From: Candidatus Bathyarchaeota archaeon
GTDB lineage: Archaea > Thermoproteota > Bathyarchaeia > Bathyarchaeales > Bathycorpusculaceae
DNA: 64,000 nt
Direction of reading: 5' to 3'
NCBI GenBank assembly: GCA_963815095.1
Contig: CAWFFH010000004.1
Span: 1 to 64,000, forward strand
Of this stretch, positions 17,322 through 28,497 are shown one piece after another; the stretch's first letter is position 1, and each line of letters starts with the position of its first letter. Position numbers and translations under genes: made by a program. Below the pieces are notes generated by a model. The model searched no databases. It saw only the letters and a list, made by a program, of their open reading frames with translations, and was not told where the DNA came from.

Positions 17322-19614
17322 TTAGTAATCTAAGAGATTTTTTTGGTTTTGTCCTGAGATTGTTTCATAAACCGATTGGGTTGTGTAGCCTGCAAAGCTA
17401 AGCAGATTGGCTGCCGAGGCATAGAGCAAAGACAAGTACCTCTTGTTGTCTGGGTTAGTATCTTCTACAATAAGTTGCGCTGCTTTCACTCTGCGCTCAT
17501 GCCGCTTATCTTCTGAGTGGGTGAAAACAAACTTTACGCTGTTGCCCGCATGGACTTCGCAGCCTTCCTTGATTAATTGCTCAGCCGCGATCACTTGACT
17601 GACGTGCTGTTTGTAGTGCTTGGGATTTTTCGACAGATGCTTAGAAATAATTAAATCGCCAATAGGCACATCACCGTCAAGTAGCTTTTGTCGATAAGCT
17701 TTCACAACATCAAACGCTTTGGGAATCTTTTGCATAAACTCACTTGAGTTATTAGCTTCACAGAAAACACGTTGATCATGTCCATTTGGGCATTGTAAAC
17801 AAACTTTGGAGTGTCATGTTTGCGCACTTCTAAGCCTCTGACTTTTAGTTTTCCGCTCTCCATAACCCCATAATAACGGTTTAAAACGCCAATGTTGGGA
17901 TGCATCTTGGAGGGCAAGAACACAATCCATTTGTATCGTCCCTCAAAATTCAGCGGAACCCCAATATCTTTACTTACCTGCTTGCATAACGCGTCGTATT
18001 CTTCCAAAGTGGCGTCTTCCTTTTTGAGCCAAAGCGAATCCACAATTCCATGCAGAACCTCAAACCCTCGACCCTCAGAAATTCGAGCAGCCCTAAGAAA
18101 CGCTTCCCTCCCAAACGCGCAAACCCCAATGTGCCCATCAACCGTTCCAAACTTCGCGTTCCTATAACCCAAATACCCAAAACAGGTAACTAGAATCCAC
18201 TTCAAAGCAGTCTGTCTATTATCGAACATCTCCTTAAGTTTTGGATCTTTGGTTTCATCTCTTAACCTCTTGTAGAGCAACCGTTTGGAAACAACAAGCT
18301 TCAAAGCTCTTGGAACAACACCTTCCCGTTTCTCACAAATGTTATAGTTTAACTCTGGAATGCGCAGATGCGAGTCTGGGCAGCACTTGCAAAGAACCGT
18401 TTCAGCAGAGATGTTGTTGTTAACCATTAAACTTGGATACATTGATGAAAAATCCACTTCGCCTGTGTTGTCGTGAATGCCTACTTTTGGCTCGTAAACA
18501 AAACCGCCTCGGTCAGCAACGAGCAGTTCATAGGCTGATTTGAAGGCTTCAGGGATGCTTTTGTTTCTTGGAATCAAAATTTCTTGTTTAAAGGCTTGGT
18601 AGAACTGCAGCGAAGACATGCTTGAGCCGATGGATGAACGTGATGAAGTGTGCAGGGGTGCTCGGCAGGTTCTTGCTATTTCAAATAGGCCTTGGAAGCT
18701 GGCTTCATTCAGAATGAAGGTGTTGCCTGCGTCGATGTGGACTCTTCCATAAAGTCGAACGGTTGGAGCTCTGTAGAATGTGCGTCCATAGGAAAAGAAA
18801 GTCTTTCCTTGCGCTGCTTTAGGGACAAAAGGCACTTCATCCCTACTTAAAATAAACTTGTCAGACACACCGCTTACGATTGCCCGTTGGAGCAAATAAG
18901 AGAAAAGATACGAGTCCCCACCATTGGTCACTATTAAATCTGGGTCAAGATCCTTCACCATTTTACTTAGTTGTAAGAGCTTTTCTCCTTCATCACCCGA
19001 GTCGATAATGATTTGTTTTTCATCTTGGTTTAAGATTATGCTTGCAATTGGGTCTTGGAGATTTGCGATTTTCCCCGATTTAGCGATCTCAACTTTCAAT
19101 TGCATTAGTTCGCAGCGGTGGAATCGAGTAGTTTACGCTTTCAACAGAATCTTGAAGAGTGTATTTTAGGCCCGTCTTTGAGGACTTCAACTTCTAAGAA
19201 AGCAAGAGGAAATAAATCATGGGCAAAAAAGTAGGTTCTATCCCCACGCAGATCACTGTTATGAACTTCGTAAGTCAGGTAGTCGCCTAATTTTAGTATT
19301 TGATTAGTTAGGGATGAAACCTTTCTGCAATCCTTGAGCGTTATTTCTAAGACTCTTGATTTTTCTGAATCCATCGGGTTCGCAAATTTGTAAACAAAAT
19401 CCCAATTGGCGATGTTTTCATTTGAATAGATGCGCCCGACAAGTTTTTCGACATCTTCTTTCTTGCCTGAAACGTAAATCTTTGGTTGGAACTTGTCGGT
19501 TAATCTAATTCTTTGCCCGTTTTCACTTATGATCCAAACTGCCATCTCTCCAACATTAGCTGGGTAGACGTCGAATATCCAGCCGCGAATCTTAGGGCTG
19601 CCGCTTGATTGCAT
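17322..19614 (-). CDS. polB2: Family B DNA polymerase of the PolB2 group, split into three ORFs by frameshifts
   Basis: DFSSMYPS, Q.ALKWILVTCFGYLG, degenerate motif C HGIVDS, KVRGLE; ORFs 19141-19614, 17702-19105, 17322-17735. Confidence 0.85.
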
Positions 19615-19852
19615 CCAAAGCCTTCTCTAATCGGCAAATCTTCACTTGTTGGGACAGGAGAATCGACATGACCATGGGTTCGAAAAGAATTGGGTTTGTG
19701 GCGTTGCTTCCTGCTGAGGCATAACTTCTGCAAGCGTCCATTAAAGCGTCAAATGCTGCCTTATCCTCAATTCTCAAGGCTTTTTCAAAACCACACCACC
19801 GATTAATTTCATCCTCCAAGGCCATTCGGTAGGATTCAACAGTTTTGCCCAT
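19592..19852 (-). CDS. Small PolB2-operon protein (arCOG07300-like)
   Basis: MGKTVESYR...ALR..D...FD.L pattern; lies between the RadA-like gene and polB2. Confidence 0.7.
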   Translation of the reverse strand: MGKTVESYRMALEDEINRWCGFEKALRIEDKAAFDALMDACRSYASAGSNATNPILFEPMVMSILLSQQVKICRLEKALDAIKRQP

Positions 19853-20608
19853 TACGCATTACCCTCCGCAAAATCTACCAACGTCAAATCTTCTAAAGGA
19901 AGCTCGGCAACTTTTGAGGATAGGTAGGGATGTTTTTCTAAAACAAATTGCCTGGAATAACTTGTTCTTCTTAGAGAAAGAACAACGTTTGCTTTGGCAT
20001 TTGTTAGGGTTTGGAGGGAGCTGTTTCTTGTGGTGTTTGGGTGTTGGGGATAGGTTGCAATTACTATGGTTTGGGTTTCTCTTGCAAAGTTTGAAAGAAA
20101 AGTCGTGACTTGGCTGAATATATCGTTGGGCTTCATCTTCAGGAATATCTTTGTCTAAGAAGAATCCGGCAATATCTGAGATTATGACCAGTTTAGCGTT
20201 GTATTTTTTGATTGATTCCTTTAGATGATGCATAATCAGCGAGGTTGCTTGGTAGGCTGTGAAGGCTCTTGAAATGTAGATGTTGTCTAAAACCTGTTTG
20301 GGGTTAAGATGGCAAAGCTGTGCAAGTCTGGCTATTTGATAGAGCCCAAACGTGTTGCCACCATCAATGAAGATAACATTGCTTTGTAATCCGCCTAGTT
20401 GGGTAGGAAGTTGGGATTTTACGCACAATAAGGAAGTTAAAGATGAAACAGATGAACCTTGTAGAACTGCAAAATCACCCAGTGCGAATCCTGGAAAAAT
20501 CTCATTCACGTTTCTTAGGTTCAGTGGAAAAATCGGTTGAGATAGTGCAGGCTTAACAATTGTATTTTGAATCAAATCACCAATTCTCCTATTTGTTGAG
20601 GATAGCAA
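19852..20608 (-). CDS. RadA/Rad51-like protein with degenerate Walker A, frameshifted near 20120
   Basis: QLP..LGGL, VIFIDGGNTF, IYISRAFTAYQ, LVIISD; no GKT motif. Confidence 0.8.
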
Positions 20609-20777
20609 AAAGCAATTTTGAGCATTTAAGTCATGACTTCAAAAGACATTTCTTCATAGTGGAGACTAAAGTGAAAGTGATCAGTAGATTTTTTAGCCAA
20701 TACTTTAGCTTTAATTAGGATTGCAACCAATTGATAAATCCTCGATAGTTAGCGGATAGACTTGTATTGGTGAGAGT

Positions 20778-21053
20778 ATGCTAAAGCCTTCGTTTGCAGA
20801 GATTTGGAAAAGAATAGTAGCTAGTGAAAATGAGAAATTCACAACTATCTCCAATTTACCCTTCACTTATGAAATAAGTGGCACCGCTTTGTTTCCAATT
20901 GGAACTAAATATAAAATTTTGAAAGCGGACTTCGCCAAAGCCTATGAGTATGTCCCGATTGAAAGTTCAAGCGTCATTTCAAAACTTGTAAAAGGATCCG
21001 ATTATATTTGGTCGATTTTTCAAGACGAGAGAATTTCTAAAAAAGAATGGTAA
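20778..21053 (+). CDS. Hypothetical protein
   Basis: 91-aa ORF with an RBS-like GGTGAG upstream. Confidence 0.65.
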   Translation: MLKPSFAEIWKRIVASENEKFTTISNLPFTYEISGTALFPIGTKYKILKADFAKAYEYVPIESSSVISKLVKGSDYIWSIFQDERISKKEW

Positions 21054-21256
21054 TTTAACCAGTAAGAAAAGAAGAAAAGCACATACCAACAGAGGTTAGC
21101 CATGGAAGTATTCTTCTAACCTGGCATGCTGGGCGAAAAAAAGGCAAAGTCAAATACTTTCTGCCCAATAAGCTGAAACTCAATTAATTATTCCCTGACA
21201 GCAACGTTTGCCAAGAAAAATAGCCTTTCACAAAAATAACAAAATAGTTTTTTGTT

Positions 21257-21392
21257 TAGGGGAGAAGGCGTGATTGGGTGGATTTAGCCTTGTGCAAACA
21301 TCGGGCAAGACGAAGAATGGCAGTACGACCTTGCCTGATTTTGGCAGCCAAATCCGCCCAACCAAAATGCTATGTTGGACTTGTCTGATCAA
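21257..21392 (-). ncRNA. Long-hairpin ncRNA family, copy 2
   Basis: About 200 bp including the promoter is homologous to 15495-15690; hairpin at 21274-21362. Confidence 0.75.
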
Positions 21393-21493
21393 CAATACCG
21401 ATTGAAAATAATATAAAATAATGCTCTCACAAACTGAAACAACAAAAATTCGATCTATGGCAATTTTAAAAAAGGTCTAATCACTTTAGAGTA

Positions 21494-22471
21494 TTGGATC
21501 TTATGTGTTTTTATAAGCCGATGCTTGCCAAACCTGTTTCTAAGCCCTTTTCTGGCAAGGATTGGATTTTTGAGATGAAGTGGGATGGTTTTCGAGCGAT
21601 AACTTACGTTGACGACTTCTTTACAGTTCAGAGTCGCAATGCCAAGGAACTCAAAACATTCTTTCCCGAATTAGATGAACTCAAGCAACTAACAAAAAAT
21701 GTTGTACTCGACGGTGAAATCGTAACCATGAAACAAGGAAAAGTTGACTTTCACTCACTCCAAGAAAGAGGACACGTTATTTCTGCTAGGGAGGTCGAGC
21801 GTTTGCAACAAAAGTCGCCAGCAACTTTCGTTGTTTTTGATATTTTAGAGAAGGATGGGCAGCCACTTGTAGACTTACCTTTGATGGAAAGAAAGGCGAT
21901 TCTAAAAGAATCGGTCAAAGTAGGCTCGCACGTAATAATCAATGATTATGTTGAGGAGAAGGGCGAACAATTCTACCTGGCAGTTTTGCAGCAAGACCTG
22001 GAAGGCATGGTTGCCAAACGCAAAGACAGCTGCTACGAACAAGGACTAAGGACAGGAAGCTGGCTAAAAGTAAAGAACATAAAAAGTTGCGACTGCGTAA
22101 TCTTTGGGTATTCTAGAGGCGAAGGAGCCAGAGAATCGACATTTGGCGCTTTAGTTGTTGGCCTTTACGATAAAGATAGAAAACCAGTCTACATTGCTCA
22201 TGTTGGCACCGGGTTCACCCAACAATTACTCGAGGATCTTATAAGAGATTTCAAGAAACTCAAACGATCTTCGGCACCTTTTATCGCTAGGGACATGGAA
22301 GCGATAACGTGGATTGAGCCTAAGCTTGTCTGTGAAATTATCTATCAAGTAGTTACGAGCGATTGTCGGTTAAGGATGCCAAGCCTCCACACTTTAAGAA
22401 TCGATAAAGAACCCAGCGAATGCACCATAGATCAAATAGAAGGCAAAGGCAAATGCTTTATTGACAAATGA
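21494..22471 (+). CDS. ATP-dependent DNA ligase (LigD/LigC-type ligase domain)
   Basis: KPMLA, EMKWDGFR, LDGEIV, FDIL, EGMVAK, WLKVK, VGTGF, LRMP..LR.DK. Confidence 0.93.
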   Translation: MDLMCFYKPMLAKPVSKPFSGKDWIFEMKWDGFRAITYVDDFFTVQSRNAKELKTFFPELDELKQLTKNVVLDGEIVTMKQGKVDFHSLQERGHVISAREVERLQQKSPATFVVFDILEKDGQPLVDLPLMERKAILKESVKVGSHVIINDYVEEKGEQFYLAVLQQDLEGMVAKRKDSCYEQGLRTGSWLKVKNIKSCDCVIFGYSRGEGARESTFGALVVGLYDKDRKPVYIAHVGTGFTQQLLEDLIRDFKKLKRSSAPFIARDMEAITWIEPKLVCEIIYQVVTSDCRLRMPSLHTLRIDKEPSECTIDQIEGKGKCFIDK

Positions 22472-22507
22472 AAAATCAAATATACAACTTATCTACAAAA
22501 GAAAATT

Positions 22508-22828
22508 ATGGAAATCTGGTATTCACCCCAAGAGACCCTATTCTTAGAATTCAAACTTACAAACGGCTCCGGATGGTTAACCAACAACCGCCTAATAATC
22601 GTGGAACACAAGCCAGGCAAGCTTAACGAAGGAAAACCCCAATACTATTCTCTAAAAAACTTTGAAAAAGCCTAAATAAAAGACACACCCCTGACCGCAC
22701 AATTCCAAACCGGAAAAGTCAAAATCCAACTCCCAACCAACGCCCCAAGCCTACTCCAAGAGATCAAAGACTTCATAGAAGAAGCAGCAAAACAATGTAA
22801 CAAACCTGAAACTCAACAAGCATATTAA
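22508..22828 (+). pseudogene. Small gene with an internal TAA at 22673 (possibly PH-like)
   Basis: MEIWYSPQETLFLEFKLTNGSGWLTNNRLII...EKA*IKDTPLTAQF...; the frame stays open after the stop. Confidence 0.6.
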
Positions 22829-22918
22829 CAAATCCACATTTTAGGGAGAAACTTACGTTACAAAAAACTTATCGCTAAGAGTAAGGATATACTAATCGAT
22901 AATCGGAGAGTCTGTATT

Positions 22919-24421
22919 ATGCTATTTAGGCAGTTCATCAATAGAAAGGGTATAGCAATTGGTTTGATTTTGTTTTTTGCTATTTCCTTTTTGTTTACGG
23001 GTTTAGAGGTTCTTAGTGCGGATCCTTCAGTAGGTAATAGCGATTGGGCAATGTTCCAGCACGACCTATCACATTCAGGGTCCTCTCCGTCCACCATGCC
23101 AAATACAAACAATACCCTATGGAGCTACCGTACAAATAGTGTTGATTCCTCTCCTGCTATTGTCGGTAACAGAGTCTACGTGGGAGGAATAGATGGCAAG
23201 GTGTATTGTTTAGATGCTGTTACGGGCGCGTTAATATGGAACTTCACAACTAAAAACCCCTTTCTTGGCGTTCGTGATTCTCCTGCTGTTGTCGACGGCA
23301 AAGTCTACATTGCATCAGACCAACAGTTTTATTGTTTAGATGCTTTGACGGGTGCGCTCATTTGGAACTACACTACAACCAACTTTTTACAATCATCTCC
23401 TGCTGTTGCAGACGGCAAAGTCTATTTCGGATCAAACAACAATAACCTTTATTGTTTGAATGCTACAACAGGTGAGCTTGTTTGGAGCTACACCACCGGA
23501 AGCAGTTTTCCATCATCTCCTGCTGTTGTCAACGGGGTCGTCTATGTAGGCTCCTATGATGACCATAAAGTCTATGCTTTAAACGCTACCAACGGCCATC
23601 AACTTTGGAATTACACAACAGGTCTTATGGTTTCTTCATCTCCCGCTGTTGTCGGTAACGAAGTTTACATTGGATCGGTAGATGGCAAGGTTTATTGTTT
23701 AAATGCTCTAACAGGTGTGTTCATATGGAGTTACAATACAAACAATCGTATCGATTCTTCTCCTGCTGTTGTCGATGGAAGGGTCTACATAGGATCGGAG
23801 AGCAATAAGACGTATTGTTTGGATGCTGTTACAGGTGCATTCATATGGAGTTATACCACGGGCGGTTGGGTTCAGCCATCCCCTGTCGTTGCAAATAGCA
23901 AAGTTTGCATAGGATCGGGCGACGGTAAGGTTTATTGTCTAAATGCTATTACGGGTGCTTTTATTTGGAGCTACATTACTAGTGGGTTTATTCAGTCGTC
24001 TGCTTCTGTAGGCAACGGAATTATTTACATAAGCTCATCTGACGGCAACCTTTACGCTTTTGGTAATTCTCCTATACCTTCTCCAACAATAACGCCAACT
24101 CCAACACCTACTCCAACTCCAACAGCAACACCAACGCCAACCCCCTCACCAACCCCAACTCCCTCTTCATATCCAAGCCCCACGGTCAGTTTCAATACTA
24201 CAACCACTGTAGCTCCGACATCAACTCCAACAGTTACGCCAACGCCAACTCCAACAGTTACGCCAACGCCAACTCCAACAGTTACGCCAACGCCAACAAC
24301 TTCTCCTTTCCCGTCTCCTACAATTCCAGAATTTCCTTACCAAACAGTGGGAATTGCTTCAATTGTCTTTATGATCATAGTCTTATCATCGGTCAGTATT
24401 TCTAAGAAGAAGAAATCCTGA
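22919..24421 (+). CDS. PQQ-like beta-propeller surface protein with PT linker and PEF-CTERM anchor
   Basis: DWAMFQHD, ~40-aa SSPAVV.G.VY.GS repeats, TIPEFP-TM-KKKK. Confidence 0.9.
   Translation: MLFRQFINRKGIAIGLILFFAISFLFTGLEVLSADPSVGNSDWAMFQHDLSHSGSSPSTMPNTNNTLWSYRTNSVDSSPAIVGNRVYVGGIDGKVYCLDAVTGALIWNFTTKNPFLGVRDSPAVVDGKVYIASDQQFYCLDALTGALIWNYTTTNFLQSSPAVADGKVYFGSNNNNLYCLNATTGELVWSYTTGSSFPSSPAVVNGVVYVGSYDDHKVYALNATNGHQLWNYTTGLMVSSSPAVVGNEVYIGSVDGKVYCLNALTGVFIWSYNTNNRIDSSPAVVDGRVYIGSESNKTYCLDAVTGAFIWSYTTGGWVQPSPVVANSKVCIGSGDGKVYCLNAITGAFIWSYITSGFIQSSASVGNGIIYISSSDGNLYAFGNSPIPSPTITPTPTPTPTPTATPTPTPSPTPTPSSYPSPTVSFNTTTTVAPTSTPTVTPTPTPTVTPTPTPTVTPTPTTSPFPSPTIPEFPYQTVGIASIVFMIIVLSSVSISKKKKS
24222..24293 (+). 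repeat. Three 24-bp tandem repeats in the Pro/Thr linker
   Basis: CAACTCCAACAGTTACGCCAACGC x3. Confidence 0.9.
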
Positions 24422-24585
24422 GCATAAATTATTGAAATCCGAGACACAGACTTTAGTGAAAGAAAATCTAAAAACATCAATAGATCAAACTGTAATTCAA
24501 AGAAACGCAAATTCGATAAAAAGTGTTTGTATCAGGCAGAAGTTTTTTTAGCCTGGATTGAGTTTAAAGATATCGGTGTCTCGTC

Positions 24586-24948
24586 ATGCCTGCAAAGGTA
24601 TTCGTAGTTTATCCAAAGGAAATTATCCCAAAAGAAGTAGATCAAAAAAGCGCTAACATGCTTTTTGCCGGGAAAGGATGGGAAGGATCTGAGCTTGATT
24701 TTTCAGAGGTCGAGAAAAGCCTTAAGACAATACTGACGATGTTTAGCAAATTAGAAGAAACGTTTCCAAAATATGGTGTTGATGAGGCTAAATTGTCTGT
24801 GGGGCTCACAGTGGATGAGGCGGGGAATGTACGAGCAGGTATCGCAGCTAATTTTCTTAATATAATAAAAGCCAAAACCGAAGCGGAACTTCAAGAAAAA
24901 AATAGTAAGAATACCATGATAGAGATAACTATTAAACGGATTCATTGA
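24586..24948 (+). CDS. Pepco/Trypco-like small protein
   Basis: Helix followed by Y.VDE..LSVGLTV...G...G..-.....IEITIKR architecture. Confidence 0.55.
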   Translation: MPAKVFVVYPKEIIPKEVDQKSANMLFAGKGWEGSELDFSEVEKSLKTILTMFSKLEETFPKYGVDEAKLSVGLTVDEAGNVRAGIAANFLNIIKAKTEAELQEKNSKNTMIEITIKRIH

Positions 24949-24952
24949 CAAT

Positions 24953-25756
24953 TCATAAATCGATAACTTCGATGACCGAGCTTTGGGACTCAGCAAAATC
25001 CTCCCCATAAACGCTTTCAAGTGCATCTTTAAAATGGAAAAATAGCGCTCTCTGCGAAATATTCTGCGAAAATGAGAAGTCATAACCCGCTCCAATCAAT
25101 TCTCGGAGCACTGTATCCAGCGAAGAAAAAGGATTTTGGGCCTGGACATTGAAGTAAACGTCAAAGATTTTTTTATAACTAATCTTTTGGTACAAGAACT
25201 GCCATGGCTTTAGAAAATCTAAATACATAGACGAGAAGCAAGGGTTCTTGGGGCTAACGATGCGCCAATCTTCATAGCATTGGTGCAATTTGCTTTTTAA
25301 AACAATTCCAACAAATAATTCTGTCAAGCCCTCAAAGATAAACTTCAAGTTTTTTGCAAAAAACTGCGGTCTAGAAAAAGAGGATCTGCTATGTAAGATT
25401 TCATGAATGAGTTGCGAATAGCATGAAGTCTCCTTAACAATGAAAATACGTCCGCTTTCCATATCATAGGAGCTGCATAAGCGTGGATCCTTATAATCAT
25501 CACCACGTATCCTCATAAATTCTTCCGCGGAAACAGTTAAAACTTCAACGTTTTCATCAACCTTGGTAAATACAGTAGAGAATAATCTGTCAGGGATTTC
25601 GCATGCTGACAGCTCTTTTGCACGATTCGTTTTAAAACCGATTGTCTCCTCAATTAAGATAGCGGCGGTTTGAGCATCTATCGTATAATCTGGCGGGTTG
25701 GTGAATTGTTTAATAGTTACGGAGTATTTATTGCACCGTTCACCTAGGTGTGTCAT
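24953..25756 (-). CDS. Gluzincin-type zinc metallopeptidase
   Basis: LIHEILH with a downstream FEGLTE third-ligand motif. Confidence 0.75.
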   Translation of the reverse strand: MTHLGERCNKYSVTIKQFTNPPDYTIDAQTAAILIEETIGFKTNRAKELSACEIPDRLFSTVFTKVDENVEVLTVSAEEFMRIRGDDYKDPRLCSSYDMESGRIFIVKETSCYSQLIHEILHSRSSFSRPQFFAKNLKFIFEGLTELFVGIVLKSKLHQCYEDWRIVSPKNPCFSSMYLDFLKPWQFLYQKISYKKIFDVYFNVQAQNPFSSLDTVLRELIGAGYDFSFSQNISQRALFFHFKDALESVYGEDFAESQSSVIEVIDL

Positions 25757-25837
25757 TGCCCTTTAGTTACACACTAAGGATTAAAATAAATTTTGGAAAC
25801 AATAGAAAAGTTTATTATACTTACATAAAATTTATAT

Positions 25838-26683
25838 GTGTATAGTACACTATACAGCCACCATGGCTGGCAAGGTGATAAATTTTTGATAAAAACTGAA
25901 TACATAGTTGATCGATATGCTCAAAGCTTAACAAAACATGATGTCAAACTATTATTTGAAAAGCTCAGAGCAAATACTGGAAATGTAGTTGCAGCAACTA
26001 ACTTAGCTAATATACAAAGAAAAACTGTCTATGACTGGGACAGTAATACTGATGATGTCAAGTTATCTACAAAGAAAAAGATACTCACTGCAAGCCTACA
26101 AGCTAATTCACATGAAACTATTCGATTTCTTATTGAAAAGAATTCTAATGATTATCATGAGCTTTTAGCAAGATACATTTCCATGATTGATGATGACATA
26201 CAATCAGCAGAATCGGTAGATGAAATAAGAGAGTTATGTCCAAAGCTTGATGAATTAATTAATTCTCACATTGGCGCTATTCATGATACAAAAATTATTG
26301 AGCTAGACGATATTATTACCACAGTTAATCAGAAATGCAAAGCAGCTGGTGTAAAAGAAATTGCAAGGAATGTAAGCTTTGTAGAACCAACAACTCTCCC
26401 GACACGATTCATACAATTGCTGGATTTGTTCAAAAATCAAAACCATCTTCAATGCGATGAACTATCTTTAGTAACGGGATTGCCACTTGATATTGTCAGC
26501 GAAGCTTGTGAAATTGAAAACTATGCTCCTTTAGAGTCATCTACAGAAGCTACACAAAAAGACTATGCCCGGTCTGTCTCAAAAGGAGACAAACGACTGT
26601 CATTAGCGCTGCACACTCAAACTCTAAGAAGCTCAACATTCAGTCAACGTGGCTTAGGCTACATAGATTCAAAACTGAAATAA
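25838..26683 (+). CDS. HTH-containing protein
   Basis: GNVVAATNLANIQRKTVYDW HTH; possible second HTH ELSLVTGLPLDIV. Confidence 0.6.
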   Translation: MYSTLYSHHGWQGDKFLIKTEYIVDRYAQSLTKHDVKLLFEKLRANTGNVVAATNLANIQRKTVYDWDSNTDDVKLSTKKKILTASLQANSHETIRFLIEKNSNDYHELLARYISMIDDDIQSAESVDEIRELCPKLDELINSHIGAIHDTKIIELDDIITTVNQKCKAAGVKEIARNVSFVEPTTLPTRFIQLLDLFKNQNHLQCDELSLVTGLPLDIVSEACEIENYAPLESSTEATQKDYARSVSKGDKRLSLALHTQTLRSSTFSQRGLGYIDSKLK

Positions 26684-26684
26684 G

Positions 26685-27320
26685 GTGCAAAAAATGAGTG
26701 AATTACGAATTAGTATACTCAAAGGCGAACAAGCGTTTCCTTCATTCATACAGGACGCAAAGCAACTAAATGCTATACCAACAAACAAAATAGTAGAATT
26801 CGTTGATTGGACTGTTAGACATGAAACCCTTGACATATCTCTGACTGAGAAGGATGCTACTGAAGCTGCAGGAAAATTTGGAACTACAATCACTGACCTA
26901 TTAAGCGCTCTCCGAATAACATTATACTATTTTACAAGAGGTACGAAAGTAACAGAATCCGATTTAGTTTCTGACTTCCAAAAACTCGGTTTTGACTCCA
27001 GTAAGGCTGAGCTGATAATCCAAACCTTGAAAACTGCTTGGAATGACCCCGTAGCAAAACAGTACCTGGCAAAAGCGCGAAAAGAAGCGCTCCCAGAATT
27101 AACAACTATCCACTGGAGAGTAGATGTAAGATATGCTAGCAGCGATTACCTGCCTGAGCCTGAAGCAGTAGCTATTATGAAATTGGGTACCAACGGTCAA
27201 AAGCCTGGAAGTCATATTCACTTTGAGCTAGACTTAAATGAACTAATCTGGCTCGAAAATGAAATAGCAAAAATGAAAAAAGAGTTAATAAGCGCGCAGC
27301 AGAAGCTAAAGCAATCGTAA
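26685..27320 (+). CDS. COMM-domain (COMMD-like) protein
   Basis: Helical N-terminal domain followed by LPELTTIHWRVDVRYASS...EAVAIMKL...IHFELDLNELIWLENEIAKMKKEL. Confidence 0.75.
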   Translation: MQKMSELRISILKGEQAFPSFIQDAKQLNAIPTNKIVEFVDWTVRHETLDISLTEKDATEAAGKFGTTITDLLSALRITLYYFTRGTKVTESDLVSDFQKLGFDSSKAELIIQTLKTAWNDPVAKQYLAKARKEALPELTTIHWRVDVRYASSDYLPEPEAVAIMKLGTNGQKPGSHIHFELDLNELIWLENEIAKMKKELISAQQKLKQS

Positions 27321-27704
27321 CTTTCTTTAAAGTTCTTTTCTTTTTTACAGGCTTTTCTTCATTATCAGCTTCCTTGGTGAGATGAGCAAAAATGAAATGT
27401 CAATTGCTATATTTTCCCAAAATAGGTAAAGTTGTGTTTGTGCTAGTGCCAGCTTGCGATTTCTGCAAAAAATCGACAAAGAAAAAATTAACTATGTTAC
27501 TTTTTCAGTTTCTTCACGATTATAAAAACATCACAAACTCTCTTGCTGTCGATCGTAATATAGGCGCCGTTTGTAACTCTGAGTGACAAACTAAGCATTT
27601 TGAACCCGTCAAAATGCTGGTTAGAGTTTAACCTTTTGGCTTTTGCGCTTTTGACCCTAAATTATATATGCCAAGATGTCGCTAAATGTTTTGGGGACGT
27701 ACAA

Positions 27705-27920
27705 TTGAATCGGCTAGAAGCTATGTCGCTGCTGAAAGAATTAGTGGCTATCAATCTTGTAGATCCAACGTACCTTCATGTCTCATTGAGAAAACTTGAT
27801 GATTATCAGATTCAGATTAAATGTGATCATAATAAAGAAATAGAAATGTTTGCTAAAAAACATGGTTTAAAGATTGAAGAGGATAAGGAAAGAAAATATT
27901 TGGTTATTTATAAGGAATAG
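27705..27920 (+). CDS. Small hypothetical protein
   Basis: Likely TTG start, MNRLEAMSLLKEL. Confidence 0.6.
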   Translation: MNRLEAMSLLKELVAINLVDPTYLHVSLRKLDDYQIQIKCDHNKEIEMFAKKHGLKIEEDKERKYLVIYKE

Positions 27921-28055
27921 AGAAATTGGTGTTAAGTGGGCTTAGCCTTGTGCTAACATTTGCTGAAATCGAGAGAGAGGAGAAAATGTGGAAATTCGCC
28001 TTATCAAGCATTAGCTGCCAAACCCACTCAACTACTTGTTGGGACGTATCTATGG
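27915..28055 (-). ncRNA. Long-hairpin ncRNA family, copy 3
   Basis: Basal stem GUUGAGUGGGUUUGGC/GCUAAGCCCACUUAAC (28032-27931), CAAG bulge, CTTATATTTT promoter near 28080. Confidence 0.75.
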
Positions 28056-28497
28056 GCAAATAGAAAATATTTAAAATAAAATATAAGATAGTGTTGTCTC
28101 GTTTTGTAACAACTGTTCTAATTATTAATGGCGGTCTGCTCTCAGGGTCATAGAAAAGAGATAGGCTCGGGTCTAGGGGAAACCCATCATTAAGCAAACA
28201 TAAGAAAATCCATCAAACAGAAATATAAGGTTTATTGATTCTTCATATACCATTCTTAGTTCTTTTCCCTTATATGAATAAGTTCGGTGCTCGCTGGAAA
28301 AATAATCTTTCTGCCATTTACTGGGAAGTCAGGCTTTACATACTCAGATTTTATGCCTTAATTCCTTAACAAGTTTAAATTAACAAATAAAACTCATTCA
28401 ATTAAAACTATTTAAAAAAGCTTCTAAGAGGATAAGTCCTGACTTCATCGAAAAATTAAAAACCACACCGCTGCAAACTCGATTTGAGGCTACCTGA

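Noticed and set aside
17322-19614. Naturally split or recoded PolB2
   Set aside because: No convincing slippery sites, and similar indels affect many neighbouring genes
22673-22675. Sec/Pyl read-through in the 22508 gene
   Set aside because: The stop is TAA, not TGA or TAG; a simple nonsense change or error is more likely
23140-24060. ~120-bp DNA repeats as DGR template/variable repeats or a CRISPR
   Set aside because: They are in-frame PQQ propeller blades with no adenine-specific variation, and there is no reverse transcriptase
27904-28197. ORF 27904-28197 (-), ORF 60466-60657 (+) and short ORFs over the other hairpins as type I toxins
   Set aside because: The peptides are not conserved among the four copies whereas base pairing is, so an RNA-level explanation fits better; not fully excluded
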